DNA from: an uncultured Candidatus Saccharibacteria bacterium
GTDB taxonomy: Bacteria > Patescibacteriota > Saccharimonadia > Saccharimonadales > AWTP1-31
Reading direction: 5' to 3'
Length of the DNA: 64,000 bases
Assembly: GCA_964634445.1 (NCBI GenBank)
Contig: CAZWJA010000001.1
Coordinates: forward strand, 10,343-74,342
Numbering within the stretch: the stretch's first letter is position 1; each line of letters begins with the position of its first letter. The translations under genes and the position numbers were made by a program. The notes under the pieces are model-generated. The model was not told where the DNA came from. It was given only the letters and a program-made list of their open reading frames with translations, and did no database searches. Below are positions 52,484 through 61,508 of the stretch, one piece after another.

Positions 52484-53799
52484 AACTTGACCCGCTTCTC
52501 GCCGGTGAGCTTTTCCCAACGTTTGAGCGCGACTTCAGCATAGACTGGCGACTTTTCCATAATGTAGCACCGGCGTTTGAGCTTCGTGCTGGCGATAAGC
52601 GTGCTACCACTACCGCAAAAGGGCTCTACTACTAGGTCGTCACGTTTAGTTAGCACTTTGATGTAGGGGACAAGGATTTCGATTGGTTTGGTACCAAAAA
52701 TTACACCTTGGCCGGAATGTTTTTCATCACTAGCCATAAAATCAATGAAATCTGTTGGCTGGTACTTTTTGCCGCCTTGGTAGCCCTCCCACTGGGGCTT
52801 GCCACCAATAGCGTAAAGTGCGGTTTCGTATTCTTCCTGCAAACCATCCAGCTCCTCATCATGGTTATATTCAACCATGCCGCTGGCACCAACCATGGCG
52901 ATATCGTGCTTACTGAAAAACTTGTACTTGGCGGCAAAGCCCTGGTGCCGGTTGGGCAAGTGCCAGACGATCATGTTTTTGACCTTCCAGTATTTTTCCA
53001 TCTCTTGCCAGATGATCCGCAGATTCTTCCAGTTCTCATATACGATGATTGAGTAGTCAGACTTGGCATACTTGGAAACGTTTGCCATCCATAGCTCGGT
53101 GAAGTTGTCGGGCAAGACGTCCGTTTCGAGGTAGCGACGATTGCGCTTTGCCCCAAAGCCAGTGACTGGTTTACCGGCACGTTTGGCATGCAGGTAGTCC
53201 AGAATATAAGGAGGGTCAGTCATACACATATCCGCTAGTTGGCCATTCATGAGTTTGTCAAAGTCTTCAGGGATGGTTGAGTCGCCGCACATCAACCGTG
53301 ACTCGCCAAGCTGGTAGACATCGCCTTTTTCAACGCTAATCTTCTTGATATCTAGTTTTTCCAGTTCTTTATTGAGGTCGAACTGCTCTGGCGTATCGAC
53401 ATCGAGATCGAAGATGTCGTCCAGCTCTTCGCTGGTGAAACCGACATCCTCTAACAGTGACTGATCGAACTCGGCTAGCAGATCATAGTCCCAGTCACCA
53501 AGGTTGCGGTTCAGTCGCAAATTCAGCTCACGCTCTTTGGCCTCATCATTGATGCTTACATATACGACTGGTACCTCCTTGTAGCCAAGGTCTTTGGCAA
53601 CCTTGAGCCGGAAGTGGCCACCGATAACGATGTTTTTGCGCTCTGGTGCGCCATTCACAATGATCGGATCGACCAGACCGAATCTTTTGATGCTCTCGGT
53701 GAGACCACTGATCGCATCTTCGCTCCACTTACGTGGATTATATGGAGCTGGGTTCAGCTCCTTTATGGTGATATGTTGGATATTGAGTTGGTCAGACAT
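52480..53799 (-). CDS. ParB-like N-domain fused to N6A/N4C DNA methyltransferase
   Basis: PAPYNPR, GGHFR, TDPPY, EPFCGSGST. Confidence 0.9.
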   Translation of the reverse strand: MSDQLNIQHITIKELNPAPYNPRKWSEDAISGLTESIKRFGLVDPIIVNGAPERKNIVIGGHFRLKVAKDLGYKEVPVVYVSINDEAKERELNLRLNRNLGDWDYDLLAEFDQSLLEDVGFTSEELDDIFDLDVDTPEQFDLNKELEKLDIKKISVEKGDVYQLGESRLMCGDSTIPEDFDKLMNGQLADMCMTDPPYILDYLHAKRAGKPVTGFGAKRNRRYLETDVLPDNFTELWMANVSKYAKSDYSIIVYENWKNLRIIWQEMEKYWKVKNMIVWHLPNRHQGFAAKYKFFSKHDIAMVGASGMVEYNHDEELDGLQEEYETALYAIGGKPQWEGYQGGKKYQPTDFIDFMASDEKHSGQGVIFGTKPIEILVPYIKVLTKRDDLVVEPFCGSGSTLIASTKLKRRCYIMEKSPVYAEVALKRWEKLTGEKRVKL

Positions 53800-53887
53800 A
53801 ACGTTCTCCTTTAATGGTTATGTCTCGCAATATAAAAGGCCTCAGCCGTTAGGCGTGAGGCGAAAAATGGACGAAAAAGGGTCTAAA

Positions 53888-54523
53888 CTAGTGTAATTCT
53901 TTGATCCCAACCAATGCTATACCTTGAGTCCGTGGTCGGTGGTAGTCAAGTTCATAGCCGCGCTGTCGTAGCTGATAATTCAGGTCTTTGAAGGTCTTAT
54001 CTAAATCACCAGAGCCAATTTCTTGCTTTAAGGTTTGGTAATCTACAACAGTTGCCCGGCGCTTAAGCAGGGCGGCGAGCAATTTACCACAGCGAGACGA
54101 TGCAGGGTGCAGAACTGTTAGTTGTTTTCCGTCAATCAAGAAGAAGCCATAGGTGTCATTAGTGATTGCAAGGTGTCGGTCGTGACGCTCTTGCAATACG
54201 ACCGGCTCGGTTGGCACGAAGTAAATTGGACGAGTGGAAATTAGGAGATTGAAGGGTCTGATTAATCGTTCAATTCCTTCACGGATTTGCTCCCATATTT
54301 TCCGGTAACTCTCTTGGATAATTTCAACCATCTGACGCACCGGCTCCAACGTTTTGAGTACGGCTGACATATTTGGCAGTGCATTGATCAAGGCTGAAGA
54401 TGCTGACTGTAAGGCCAACTGGTTCGTGCTAGACAGGGTTTTGGTGGCAATACTGGTAATGGCGTCTAGATCATAGACGACACGACCATCTGCTGTAACT
54501 GATTTGAACACCTTGTCTGCCAC
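53888..54523 (-). CDS. Hypothetical protein with possible C-terminal winged helix
   Basis: 211 aa ORF; KLLAALL....VVDY..L pattern resembles OmpR-type wHTH. Confidence 0.55.
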   Translation of the reverse strand: MADKVFKSVTADGRVVYDLDAITSIATKTLSSTNQLALQSASSALINALPNMSAVLKTLEPVRQMVEIIQESYRKIWEQIREGIERLIRPFNLLISTRPIYFVPTEPVVLQERHDRHLAITNDTYGFFLIDGKQLTVLHPASSRCGKLLAALLKRRATVVDYQTLKQEIGSGDLDKTFKDLNYQLRQRGYELDYHRPRTQGIALVGIKELH

Positions 54524-54699
54524 TTCAATACCTCTGCTATATATTTTACCAAAGATAACTTTTTTACTTCTTATGGTATCTGGTAAATAATACTACACCT
54601 TTTAGCTAGAAAACACCAGATATAGCGGAGTATAATACTGCCAGAACGCTATAAGGTAACAAAAACACCTAAAACACGTTCACTACAACCAGGATACTT

Positions 54700-55707
54700 A
54701 TGTCAGAGCAAGGTTTTGAAATCGACTATCTCCCAGTAGGTAATGGCGACAAGAGTGGGGACGCCATAATTGTTAAGTTCGGCAATCTACACACCGGACG
54801 CCGGGAAGATTTTCAAGTATTTGTAATAGATGGTGGCACTCTTGAGGCCGGCCAAGCAATCGTCAACCACCTGTGGGAATACACCGGCAGCCTCGATATC
54901 GACCTTGTCCTAGCAACCCATCCTGATAACGATCACGTATCAGGCATTGAAGCCGTATTACTTGGCTGCAATGTGCAAGCACTGTCCATGCATATGCCAT
55001 GGCTGTTGGCCGAGCAAGCAAAGCTAGTAAAGTCTTTGGATCGTGCTCAAGAAATTTATGACATAGCCGCTAAACAGGGTGTTACGCTCTATGATCCACT
55101 GATTACGAAACGCTACTTCGATGGGGCGCTCACAGTACTTGGACCGTCAATTGAATACTATGCATCGCTATTTAACCTCTTTGATAAACCAAAACTAGCC
55201 CTGAAAGCCGGTGAGTTATCCATTACAAACACCGTTCGTGAAAGTATGGATGTAGCAACCGAGACGCTTGATCTGGCTCACAAGTATACTTCACCGACAA
55301 ATAATAGTAGTGTCATAGCGTATTTTAGCTATGCCGGGAAGGACGCACTATTTACGGGAGACGCAGGTGTTGAGGCGCTCAGTAACGCTATTGTAACCGC
55401 ACGCGAGCTTGGCATGGACATCAGTAATCTGCATTTCTTGCATGTTCCGCACCACGGTAGCTCACACAATCTTACTTCAGCGCTCATTGACTTCTTTAAC
55501 CCGAGACATTCCTTTGTCTCAGCCGCAGCCAAAGCAAAGAAGCATCCACATCCACGTGTGACCAACGCCTTTCTTAGACGAAACCTGAAGATCTTTGCTA
55601 CTAATGGCAAAGGCTTACGTAATCATCACAATGCACCAGTTCGTGCCAATTGGTCAACAGCAGCATTGGTGCCTTTTGTGTCCGAGTTCGAGGTTAGCAG
55701 TGGCTGA
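54700..55707 (+). CDS. ComEC/Rec2-like MBL-fold hydrolase
   Basis: PVGNGD..GDAI, IDGG, THPDNDH, NNSSV, FTGDAG, VPHHGS, HP. Confidence 0.88.
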   Translation: MSEQGFEIDYLPVGNGDKSGDAIIVKFGNLHTGRREDFQVFVIDGGTLEAGQAIVNHLWEYTGSLDIDLVLATHPDNDHVSGIEAVLLGCNVQALSMHMPWLLAEQAKLVKSLDRAQEIYDIAAKQGVTLYDPLITKRYFDGALTVLGPSIEYYASLFNLFDKPKLALKAGELSITNTVRESMDVATETLDLAHKYTSPTNNSSVIAYFSYAGKDALFTGDAGVEALSNAIVTARELGMDISNLHFLHVPHHGSSHNLTSALIDFFNPRHSFVSAAAKAKKHPHPRVTNAFLRRNLKIFATNGKGLRNHHNAPVRANWSTAALVPFVSEFEVSSG

Positions 55708-56374
55708 TAAATACGATAGGGAGGCACGATTTGCACCAGCTATCTTATGTTCGGCGCCATTTGTTGCAGTTGGTTTCTACATGCTCAGTCAGGTTGATCT
55801 GGAGTTTTGGAAATTAATATTTACTCTCGGCGTCGGCGGAGTGACCATGACATACGCCTTGTATCAACTCGCATTTCACAGCTGCCGCTGGGCCGGTAAA
55901 TATTTGGAGGAGAAACTTTTTGACGAAGGTCGTAGCTTTCCAACGACCAGCTTCTTATTAGACAACGACAACACATGCAGTGCTGATCGCAAGGTCGCAA
56001 TTATCAAGAAGTTAAAGTCGGATTTTGGGATCGATCTTAAAGGTAAGACCGAGGATTCGTTGCAGAACAGAATTGTGATTCATGAGGCTATTGGGCAGAT
56101 TCGTAAAAAGTTCTTCAAAAAAGATACTTTGCTATTACAACGCAATATTCAATTCGGCTTTGCAAAGAACCTTACGGGTGGCTCAGCTGTGGCTGCGATA
56201 GTATCAGGGCTTGGGTTGATTGTTTGTTCAATCTTCAGTGCCACTGTCGCCTCACAAACGCTCGCAATACTACTAGGCATTTATACGGTGATGACTATCG
56301 TTAGTCTTTGGGCTACAAGATTCACAGCCAAACACTACGCAATCACATTGTTTGATGAATTCCTTGGAAGCTGA
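55700..56374 (+). CDS. Membrane protein (about 4 TM) coupled to the MBL gene
   Basis: GTG 55700 with GAGG RBS overlapping the MBL stop; YDREARFAPA, TM pairs at both ends. Confidence 0.75.
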   Translation: MADKYDREARFAPAILCSAPFVAVGFYMLSQVDLEFWKLIFTLGVGGVTMTYALYQLAFHSCRWAGKYLEEKLFDEGRSFPTTSFLLDNDNTCSADRKVAIIKKLKSDFGIDLKGKTEDSLQNRIVIHEAIGQIRKKFFKKDTLLLQRNIQFGFAKNLTGGSAVAAIVSGLGLIVCSIFSATVASQTLAILLGIYTVMTIVSLWATRFTAKHYAITLFDEFLGS

Positions 56375-56411
56375 CAGCAAAATAGTCCCTCTCTCGCAAG
56401 AATGTCAGGGA

Positions 56412-56996
56412 CTATTTCGCTTTTATAGTAACATGTTGTTGCTTGAGCTTATTTCTCTCCTCTTGAAGCCGCCGTTCTTCATCTATAACATCAGCAATAT
56501 TTGGATTGTCTTTGCGCAGAATAATGAAAGGGCCGTGTGGAATTGGTCTAGCCTTAATCTTACCTTGGCGGATAAGCTTACGAATTGTTTGGGTGTGCAG
56601 CCCAGATTTCCATGATAGAGTGGCGTCAGGGATGGACTTTTTGTGATCCCAGTCGCCACAAAGCGATCCTGGAATCTTCTTTTTGTTAACAGCATCTTGG
56701 CAATTTATACATTTAAAGCCCCATTTGTCATACCAACCGTCTTCTTCATAGACACTACGGCCACAAAGGGAGCAGTTTCGGCCTTCGCCAGCCATCGAAA
56801 AGCCCTTTGGTTCGGTCTCAAGCCGCTTCTTCAGGGCACGTTGCTTCATGTCCATCTCAACCAATGTGTCGACAAAACCGATCAGGTTTCGAGCAGCCTC
56901 TTCGTATTCGGCGTCAGTTTCGTACTTTATGTCTTTTTCTTCGCAGATTTCCTTAAATTCTTTTAGGTGTTTTTCGGTAATCTTGTAATACTTCAT
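56412..56996 (-). CDS. Zn-finger + C-terminal excisionase-like HTH protein
   Basis: CSLC...CINC; SGLHTQTIRKLIRQGKIKA; AAGGAG RBS before ATG 56996. Confidence 0.65.
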   Translation of the reverse strand: MKYYKITEKHLKEFKEICEEKDIKYETDAEYEEAARNLIGFVDTLVEMDMKQRALKKRLETEPKGFSMAGEGRNCSLCGRSVYEEDGWYDKWGFKCINCQDAVNKKKIPGSLCGDWDHKKSIPDATLSWKSGLHTQTIRKLIRQGKIKARPIPHGPFIILRKDNPNIADVIDEERRLQEERNKLKQQHVTIKAK

Positions 56997-57132
56997 TGGA
57001 CTGCTCCTTTCGCTTCTTATCCGTGTAAATATCGAGTAGTAGTTCCGCAAACGCCATGGCGTCTCGCTTCATCAATTCTTCTCGGGTTAACTTGTGCGGC
57101 TTTTGTTTGGGTTTCTTCGATAACTTCGCCAT
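56953..57132 (-). CDS. Small basic protein (59 aa), not in ORF track
   Basis: AAGGAGG RBS; MAKLSKKPKQKPHKLTREELMKRDAMAFAELLLDIYTDKKRKEQSNEVLQDYRKTPKRI. Confidence 0.6.
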   Translation of the reverse strand: MAKLSKKPKQKPHKLTREELMKRDAMAFAELLLDIYTDKKRKEQSNEVLQDYRKTPKRI

Positions 57133-57151
57133 AAAGCACCTCCTTCGTCTA

Positions 57152-57253
57152 CTAAAAATGAGACACTTCTGACTATAGGCCTGCTGTGTCTCATTCGTCT
57201 CATTTTAGGTACCATAACTCCTTAGAAAGGTCCGTGACCTGTATGCGGAGCCA
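57152..57253 (+). repeat. Right-end module, copy 1
   Basis: AATGAGACAC...GTGTCTCATT inverted repeat then GTGACCTGTATGCGGAGCCA; homologous to 62743-62835. Confidence 0.8.
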
Positions 57254-57485
57254 GAGCCAGCAGTGAAATATAGTGACCAGTTCCCGTGATCTGTCCTTGA
57301 TTCACTCCTGACTCAGACAAGAAAGATGCTAGCCTTAACAACTAGCAAAAAATGTTGGAACCACCTGAAAGGGTGGTTTTTACATATTCATCTCTGAAAT
57401 AAAGTTCTAGAGCCGACCTGTCCCCTATACGGGGGCTGGACAACCGAAAACCTGACCTGGTTCCATGATCTGTTCCTACCGACTA
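57247..57485 (+). repeat. Left-end non-coding module, copy 2
   Basis: Homologous to 36399-36637, including the ACCACCT-GAAA-GGGTGGT terminator-like hairpin. Confidence 0.88.
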
Positions 57486-57509
57486 ATTACTAAGTTATAA
57501 TTAAACGCA

Positions 57510-58154
57510 ATGAAACAGTATATTCTACTAGATTGGGATGGTAATTTAGCGAAGACCTTAGATATTTGGCTGGATGCCTGTAGAGTTGCACTTGAGAATC
57601 AAGGCGTTCATAAAACCGATGAAGAAATTGGTTCAAGCTTTGGACAATTTACTCATTACATGAAGGATTGGGGCGTTCCTGACATTGATCGAGCCATAGC
57701 CGAGGCAGATGTAATTGCCAAGAAAAAGCTACCCGATGTAGATCTTTACCCAGATGCTTTGATTGTTCTCGAAACACTTAAAAAGAGTGGCAAGAAGCTG
57801 GCCCTCATAACAACTTCACCTCACGAGAACATTGCACATCTTCTTGAAAAACATGGGCTCAAAGAAACATTCGATACCATTGTGGCTGCCGACGACACAG
57901 CAAATCATAAGCCACACCCTGAACCGCTAGAAGTCGCCTTAAGCAGACTTGGTGGGAGTAAGAGTGAAGCAGTGATGATTGGTGATTCCGATAAGGATTT
58001 GGGTGCCGCACAAAATGCCGAGATTGACTCAGTGCTCTTTTACCCCGATGAACATAGAAGGTTTTATGATCTAGAAAAGCTCAAAACTTTAAACCCAACT
58101 CACATTGTCAGTGATTTTAAAGAGGTGCTTGAGATAGTTGATCGACAAGCTTGA
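57510..58154 (+). CDS. HAD-family phosphatase
   Basis: DWDGNL, KPHPE, MIGDSDKD. Confidence 0.9.
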   Translation: MKQYILLDWDGNLAKTLDIWLDACRVALENQGVHKTDEEIGSSFGQFTHYMKDWGVPDIDRAIAEADVIAKKKLPDVDLYPDALIVLETLKKSGKKLALITTSPHENIAHLLEKHGLKETFDTIVAADDTANHKPHPEPLEVALSRLGGSKSEAVMIGDSDKDLGAAQNAEIDSVLFYPDEHRRFYDLEKLKTLNPTHIVSDFKEVLEIVDRQA

Positions 58155-58752
58155 TATTTGAGTTCTCAATTTGTAGTTTTGTAACTATCCCTTCCGCGAA
58201 TGCTGTCATCTCGCTTTCAGTTCCTTTTGTAAGCACATATCTAGAGTATTCGATGAGCGGTATGTCTAGTTCACGTTCAACTTTGTAGTGGTTGAAAAGG
58301 GTGCTAGTAACGTTGTGGTGTTTCTCGGCTTTGGCCATCAGTTTGTCGCTGAACCGCATTTTTTCGTGATTAGCTTCAATGAATTCTAGTAGCTTTTCGC
58401 AGAGTGTTGGTTCATTGATGTATTTCTCAGGACAGTTTGGATCTTTGCGTCTGGTGCAATTGTAGTAGATGAACCGCTTAACTTCACCACTTTTTAATGT
58501 CTTATACTTATCCTGAGCAGTTATATCAGCTCCGCACCGACCACACTTTAGTAGACCTCTGAAGGCAAACGTCTTTGAACCCCAGACCCCCTTATAGGCA
58601 CCTTTGCTCAGCTGTACTTGGTCATAGAGCTCCTTAGATATCAGCGGTTTGTGCGCACCTTGGTACCATGGTGCATCAGGAGCTTCGGGATATTGAAACT
58701 TACCGTAGTAGAAGGGGGTACTTAGTATCACCAGTACCTGACTTAGGCTTAC
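58117..58752 (-). pseudogene. 5'-truncated large serine recombinase remnant
   Basis: LSTPFYYG.FQYPEAPDAPWY.GAHKPLISKEL...WGSKTFAFRGL shared with 48411-49688; catalytic domain absent. Confidence 0.9.
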
Positions 58753-58809
58753 CTGAGCTAAGTTTGTAGGCAGTCGCAAGAAAGTGACGGCCTAAGTTAT
58801 ACTTTAATT

Positions 58810-59256
58810 ATGGACGAAAAAGTAAAAACATTGCTCCAGACAATTCGGTATGCAACTATCTCCACTATCGATAGTGATGGTAAACCGTGGGCTGCACCAG
58901 TTTGGTATGTATTTGACGAAGATCACAACATCTACTGGTGGTCACCGACAGAAGCTCAGCACTCCAAAAATATTGCAGACAACCCTGATGTTTATATAAC
59001 TGTATTTGATTCAACCGCGCCAGAGAGCGATGGGTTTGGGTTATATATGCGAGCAGAAGCTGGAGTAGTCGCCGGTGATGAACTCGATTCGGCTATTAGC
59101 TTGTATAACCAATCGACGAAAATATTTAAGCTAAGTCGAAAAAACTGCACTGATGATGCGCCCACGAGAATGTATAAAGCGAACATTCTGCAGAAGTGGG
59201 TTAATGATGGTACTGAACAAGATGGCTTCTATATTGATAAGCGGGTTCAAGTATGA
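58810..59256 (+). CDS. Pyridoxamine 5'-phosphate oxidase-like (split-barrel) protein
   Basis: ATISTIDSDGKPWAAPV, HSKNIADNPDV. Confidence 0.82.
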   Translation: MDEKVKTLLQTIRYATISTIDSDGKPWAAPVWYVFDEDHNIYWWSPTEAQHSKNIADNPDVYITVFDSTAPESDGFGLYMRAEAGVVAGDELDSAISLYNQSTKIFKLSRKNCTDDAPTRMYKANILQKWVNDGTEQDGFYIDKRVQV

Positions 59257-60116
59257 ATACCATAGTGATCACCTCAACTCCAGAGCTTTGGAAAGAAGCG
59301 CAAAAGACTGGTGAGTACACACGCTCAACTATTGACTCAACACTCGAAGAAGTTGGGTTTATCCATGCTACTAACCCAGATCAGACAATCGCAATGCTTA
59401 ATCGGCACTTCACCGAAAGGAATGACATACTACTACTTGTCGTTGGTCTCGATAAAGTTAAGCCCGAAGTAAGATTCGAAGCACCGTTAAGTAGTAGCGC
59501 TGGCATCTACCCGCATATATACGGGCCACTAAATGTAGATGCAGTTATTGATACCTACATGCCTACCAAGGATTCGTCGGGAAAATTCACAGATTCTAGG
59601 CTAAAAACTGTCCACGACAGCACTACTCCAACTCCTGGCCAGCAAGTTATTACGGCTTGCGCGTTTATTCACCAAGAGTTTAATGGCGTGCAGAAAGTCT
59701 TTATGGCTAAGCGAGCTGACACTAAAAAGTTTTTGCCAGGTGTGTATGAATTACCTGGTGGGCATATTGATTTCGGAGAAACCACTGAAGATGGTTTGGT
59801 GCGTGAGATCCAAGAAGAGTTTGGTGTAACTGTACGCCTCGGCGACCCTTTTGCAGTCTTTACTTACCAAAATGAAGTTAAAGGTTCGCATTCCATTGAG
59901 GTCATTTACTTTGCTCAGCTTATTGATCCAGACACAGATGTAAAACCAAACCCAGAAGACCACAGCACTTGTGGCTGGTTTAGCGAAGCAGAACTGCCTC
60001 AAACCTTTGTGAGCGAGAAAGATATCGAGGACGATGAAGTAAAAGCAATCTACCGAGGCTTTGATTTGCTTAAAGGTGGTTCACTTGACTTTGGCGCAGA
60101 TCGAGAGGTGCTATGA
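59253..60116 (+). CDS. DUF952-NUDIX fusion protein
   Basis: GFIH and YPHIYGPLN (DUF952); PGGHIDFGE...REIQEEFG (Nudix box). Confidence 0.82.
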   Translation: MNTIVITSTPELWKEAQKTGEYTRSTIDSTLEEVGFIHATNPDQTIAMLNRHFTERNDILLLVVGLDKVKPEVRFEAPLSSSAGIYPHIYGPLNVDAVIDTYMPTKDSSGKFTDSRLKTVHDSTTPTPGQQVITACAFIHQEFNGVQKVFMAKRADTKKFLPGVYELPGGHIDFGETTEDGLVREIQEEFGVTVRLGDPFAVFTYQNEVKGSHSIEVIYFAQLIDPDTDVKPNPEDHSTCGWFSEAELPQTFVSEKDIEDDEVKAIYRGFDLLKGGSLDFGADREVL

Positions 60117-60781
60117 AAAGACACTACATAATCTACTCACACGGCTTCGGAGTTCGTAAAGATGATCGTGGTCTCATGACAGATATTGCTGCAGCTTTAC
60201 CTGAGTGCGAACATATTCTTTTTGACTACAATACTTTTGACGAAGTCACCAACACTATGACGGTCAGTCCACTTAATGCTCAAGTTGCGAAACTGAAAGA
60301 GAAGCTTGAAAGCCTTGGGAACGATCCTAATACAACTATTGATCTAGTCGCTCACTCTCAGGGTTGCATCGTTGCTGCAATTGCAAAGCCAACGAATGTA
60401 CGAAAGATGTTATTTCTTGCCCCGCCAGATAACCTAGATAAAGACAAACTTATTAAATTCTTCGGTGATCGGCCGGGGAGCCAAATTAATGTAGAGGGGG
60501 AGTCTCGCATTCCACGACGTGATGGGACAACTACTATTATTCCTGCATCCTACTGGAGGAGTATTGAAGCACCACAACCCATACGACTCTATAACCGACT
60601 ACCTGCTCACTCTGAGGTCAAATTCTATATTGCCAATGACGATGAAGTACTTGGCATGTCCAACTTTGACCAGACTGATCAAGCAATAGAGTTAATTCAA
60701 GTGCCTGGGAACCACGATTTTAATGGTGAATACAGAAAACCACTTTTGGAGATGCTAAAACAGGAGGTAGAAGATGTCTAG
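60113..60781 (+). CDS. Alpha/beta hydrolase
   Basis: SHGFG, AHSQG, DEVL, GNHDF. Confidence 0.8.
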   Translation: MKRHYIIYSHGFGVRKDDRGLMTDIAAALPECEHILFDYNTFDEVTNTMTVSPLNAQVAKLKEKLESLGNDPNTTIDLVAHSQGCIVAAIAKPTNVRKMLFLAPPDNLDKDKLIKFFGDRPGSQINVEGESRIPRRDGTTTIIPASYWRSIEAPQPIRLYNRLPAHSEVKFYIANDDEVLGMSNFDQTDQAIELIQVPGNHDFNGEYRKPLLEMLKQEVEDV

Positions 60782-61508
60782 GGTATCAATTCTCCAATGG
60801 AATATTTGGTATCTCGAAGACATTAAGAATATTGCTCAATTCTTGAGTGAAAACAAAGCGGATGTAATTTGCTTGCAAGAGCTTACGATCAACTTCGATA
60901 AGCAAAACAATATTCATACACCAAACTATATTGCCGAGCAACTTGGCTGCCATGTCTATTTTCAAGAAATAGCTTTTGCAGGTAAAGAGATGAAGCTCGC
61001 CAATGCCGTGTTTAGTAAATATCCAATCACGAATACTAGAACAGTCTGGGTAAATAAGGATCAAGGCTCTGGCAATTTTGACGATGAAAACCGTGCCTAT
61101 GTTGAAGCCACGCTTGATGTAGGTGGGGAAGAACTGACGATCGGTACGGTTCACATGTCATACACGCATAAATTTGAACCATCGGAGCGCAAACTAGCTG
61201 AAACTACGAATCTAGTTGAAGCAATTGAGCAAAACAAGAAACGATTCGTGCTAACAGGGGACTTTAATGCCGTACCAGGATCTCAAGTACTTACTGCTAT
61301 TGAACAGGCTTTAACGAACTGTGGTCCAGAATATAGTGTAAATACTTGGACGACAAAGCCATTTTCTTACGGTGGCTTTGAAGCAAATACATTAGATTGG
61401 CGACTAGACTATATATTTGCTACGAATGACATTAAAGCTTCTAAAGCACAAATTCTAAGTACCAGTTACTCTGATCATCTACCTGTTTTAGTTGAAATTG
61501 AACTATGA
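60774..61508 (+). CDS. Endonuclease/exonuclease/phosphatase family protein
   Basis: QWNI, LQE, GDFN, LDYIF, SDHLP. Confidence 0.9.
   Translation: MSRVSILQWNIWYLEDIKNIAQFLSENKADVICLQELTINFDKQNNIHTPNYIAEQLGCHVYFQEIAFAGKEMKLANAVFSKYPITNTRTVWVNKDQGSGNFDDENRAYVEATLDVGGEELTIGTVHMSYTHKFEPSERKLAETTNLVEAIEQNKKRFVLTGDFNAVPGSQVLTAIEQALTNCGPEYSVNTWTTKPFSYGGFEANTLDWRLDYIFATNDIKASKAQILSTSYSDHLPVLVEIEL

Larger units (their letters stand above)
36406..57253. mobile_element. Integrative element 1 at tRNA-Asn 3' end
   Basis: Bounded by GGAGCCA (36399-36405 and 57247-57253); carries a large serine recombinase, terminase module and cargo. Confidence 0.8.

Noticed and set aside
48411-57253. Complete prophage
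   Set aside because: No recognisable portal, capsid, tail, lysis or replication genes.
57221-57253. Symmetric attP palindrome (GGTCCGTGA versus TCGCAGACC at 36422, each 16 nt from the junction)
   Set aside because: Suggestive for element 1, but only 3/9 matches in the reconstructed element 2 site, so not claimed.
57229-57253. Second tRNA gene
   Set aside because: Only a degenerate 3'-end resemblance; no cloverleaf.
36427-57480. GACCTGGTTCC boxes as a CRISPR array
   Set aside because: Too short and degenerate, no regular repeat-spacer period, no cas genes.
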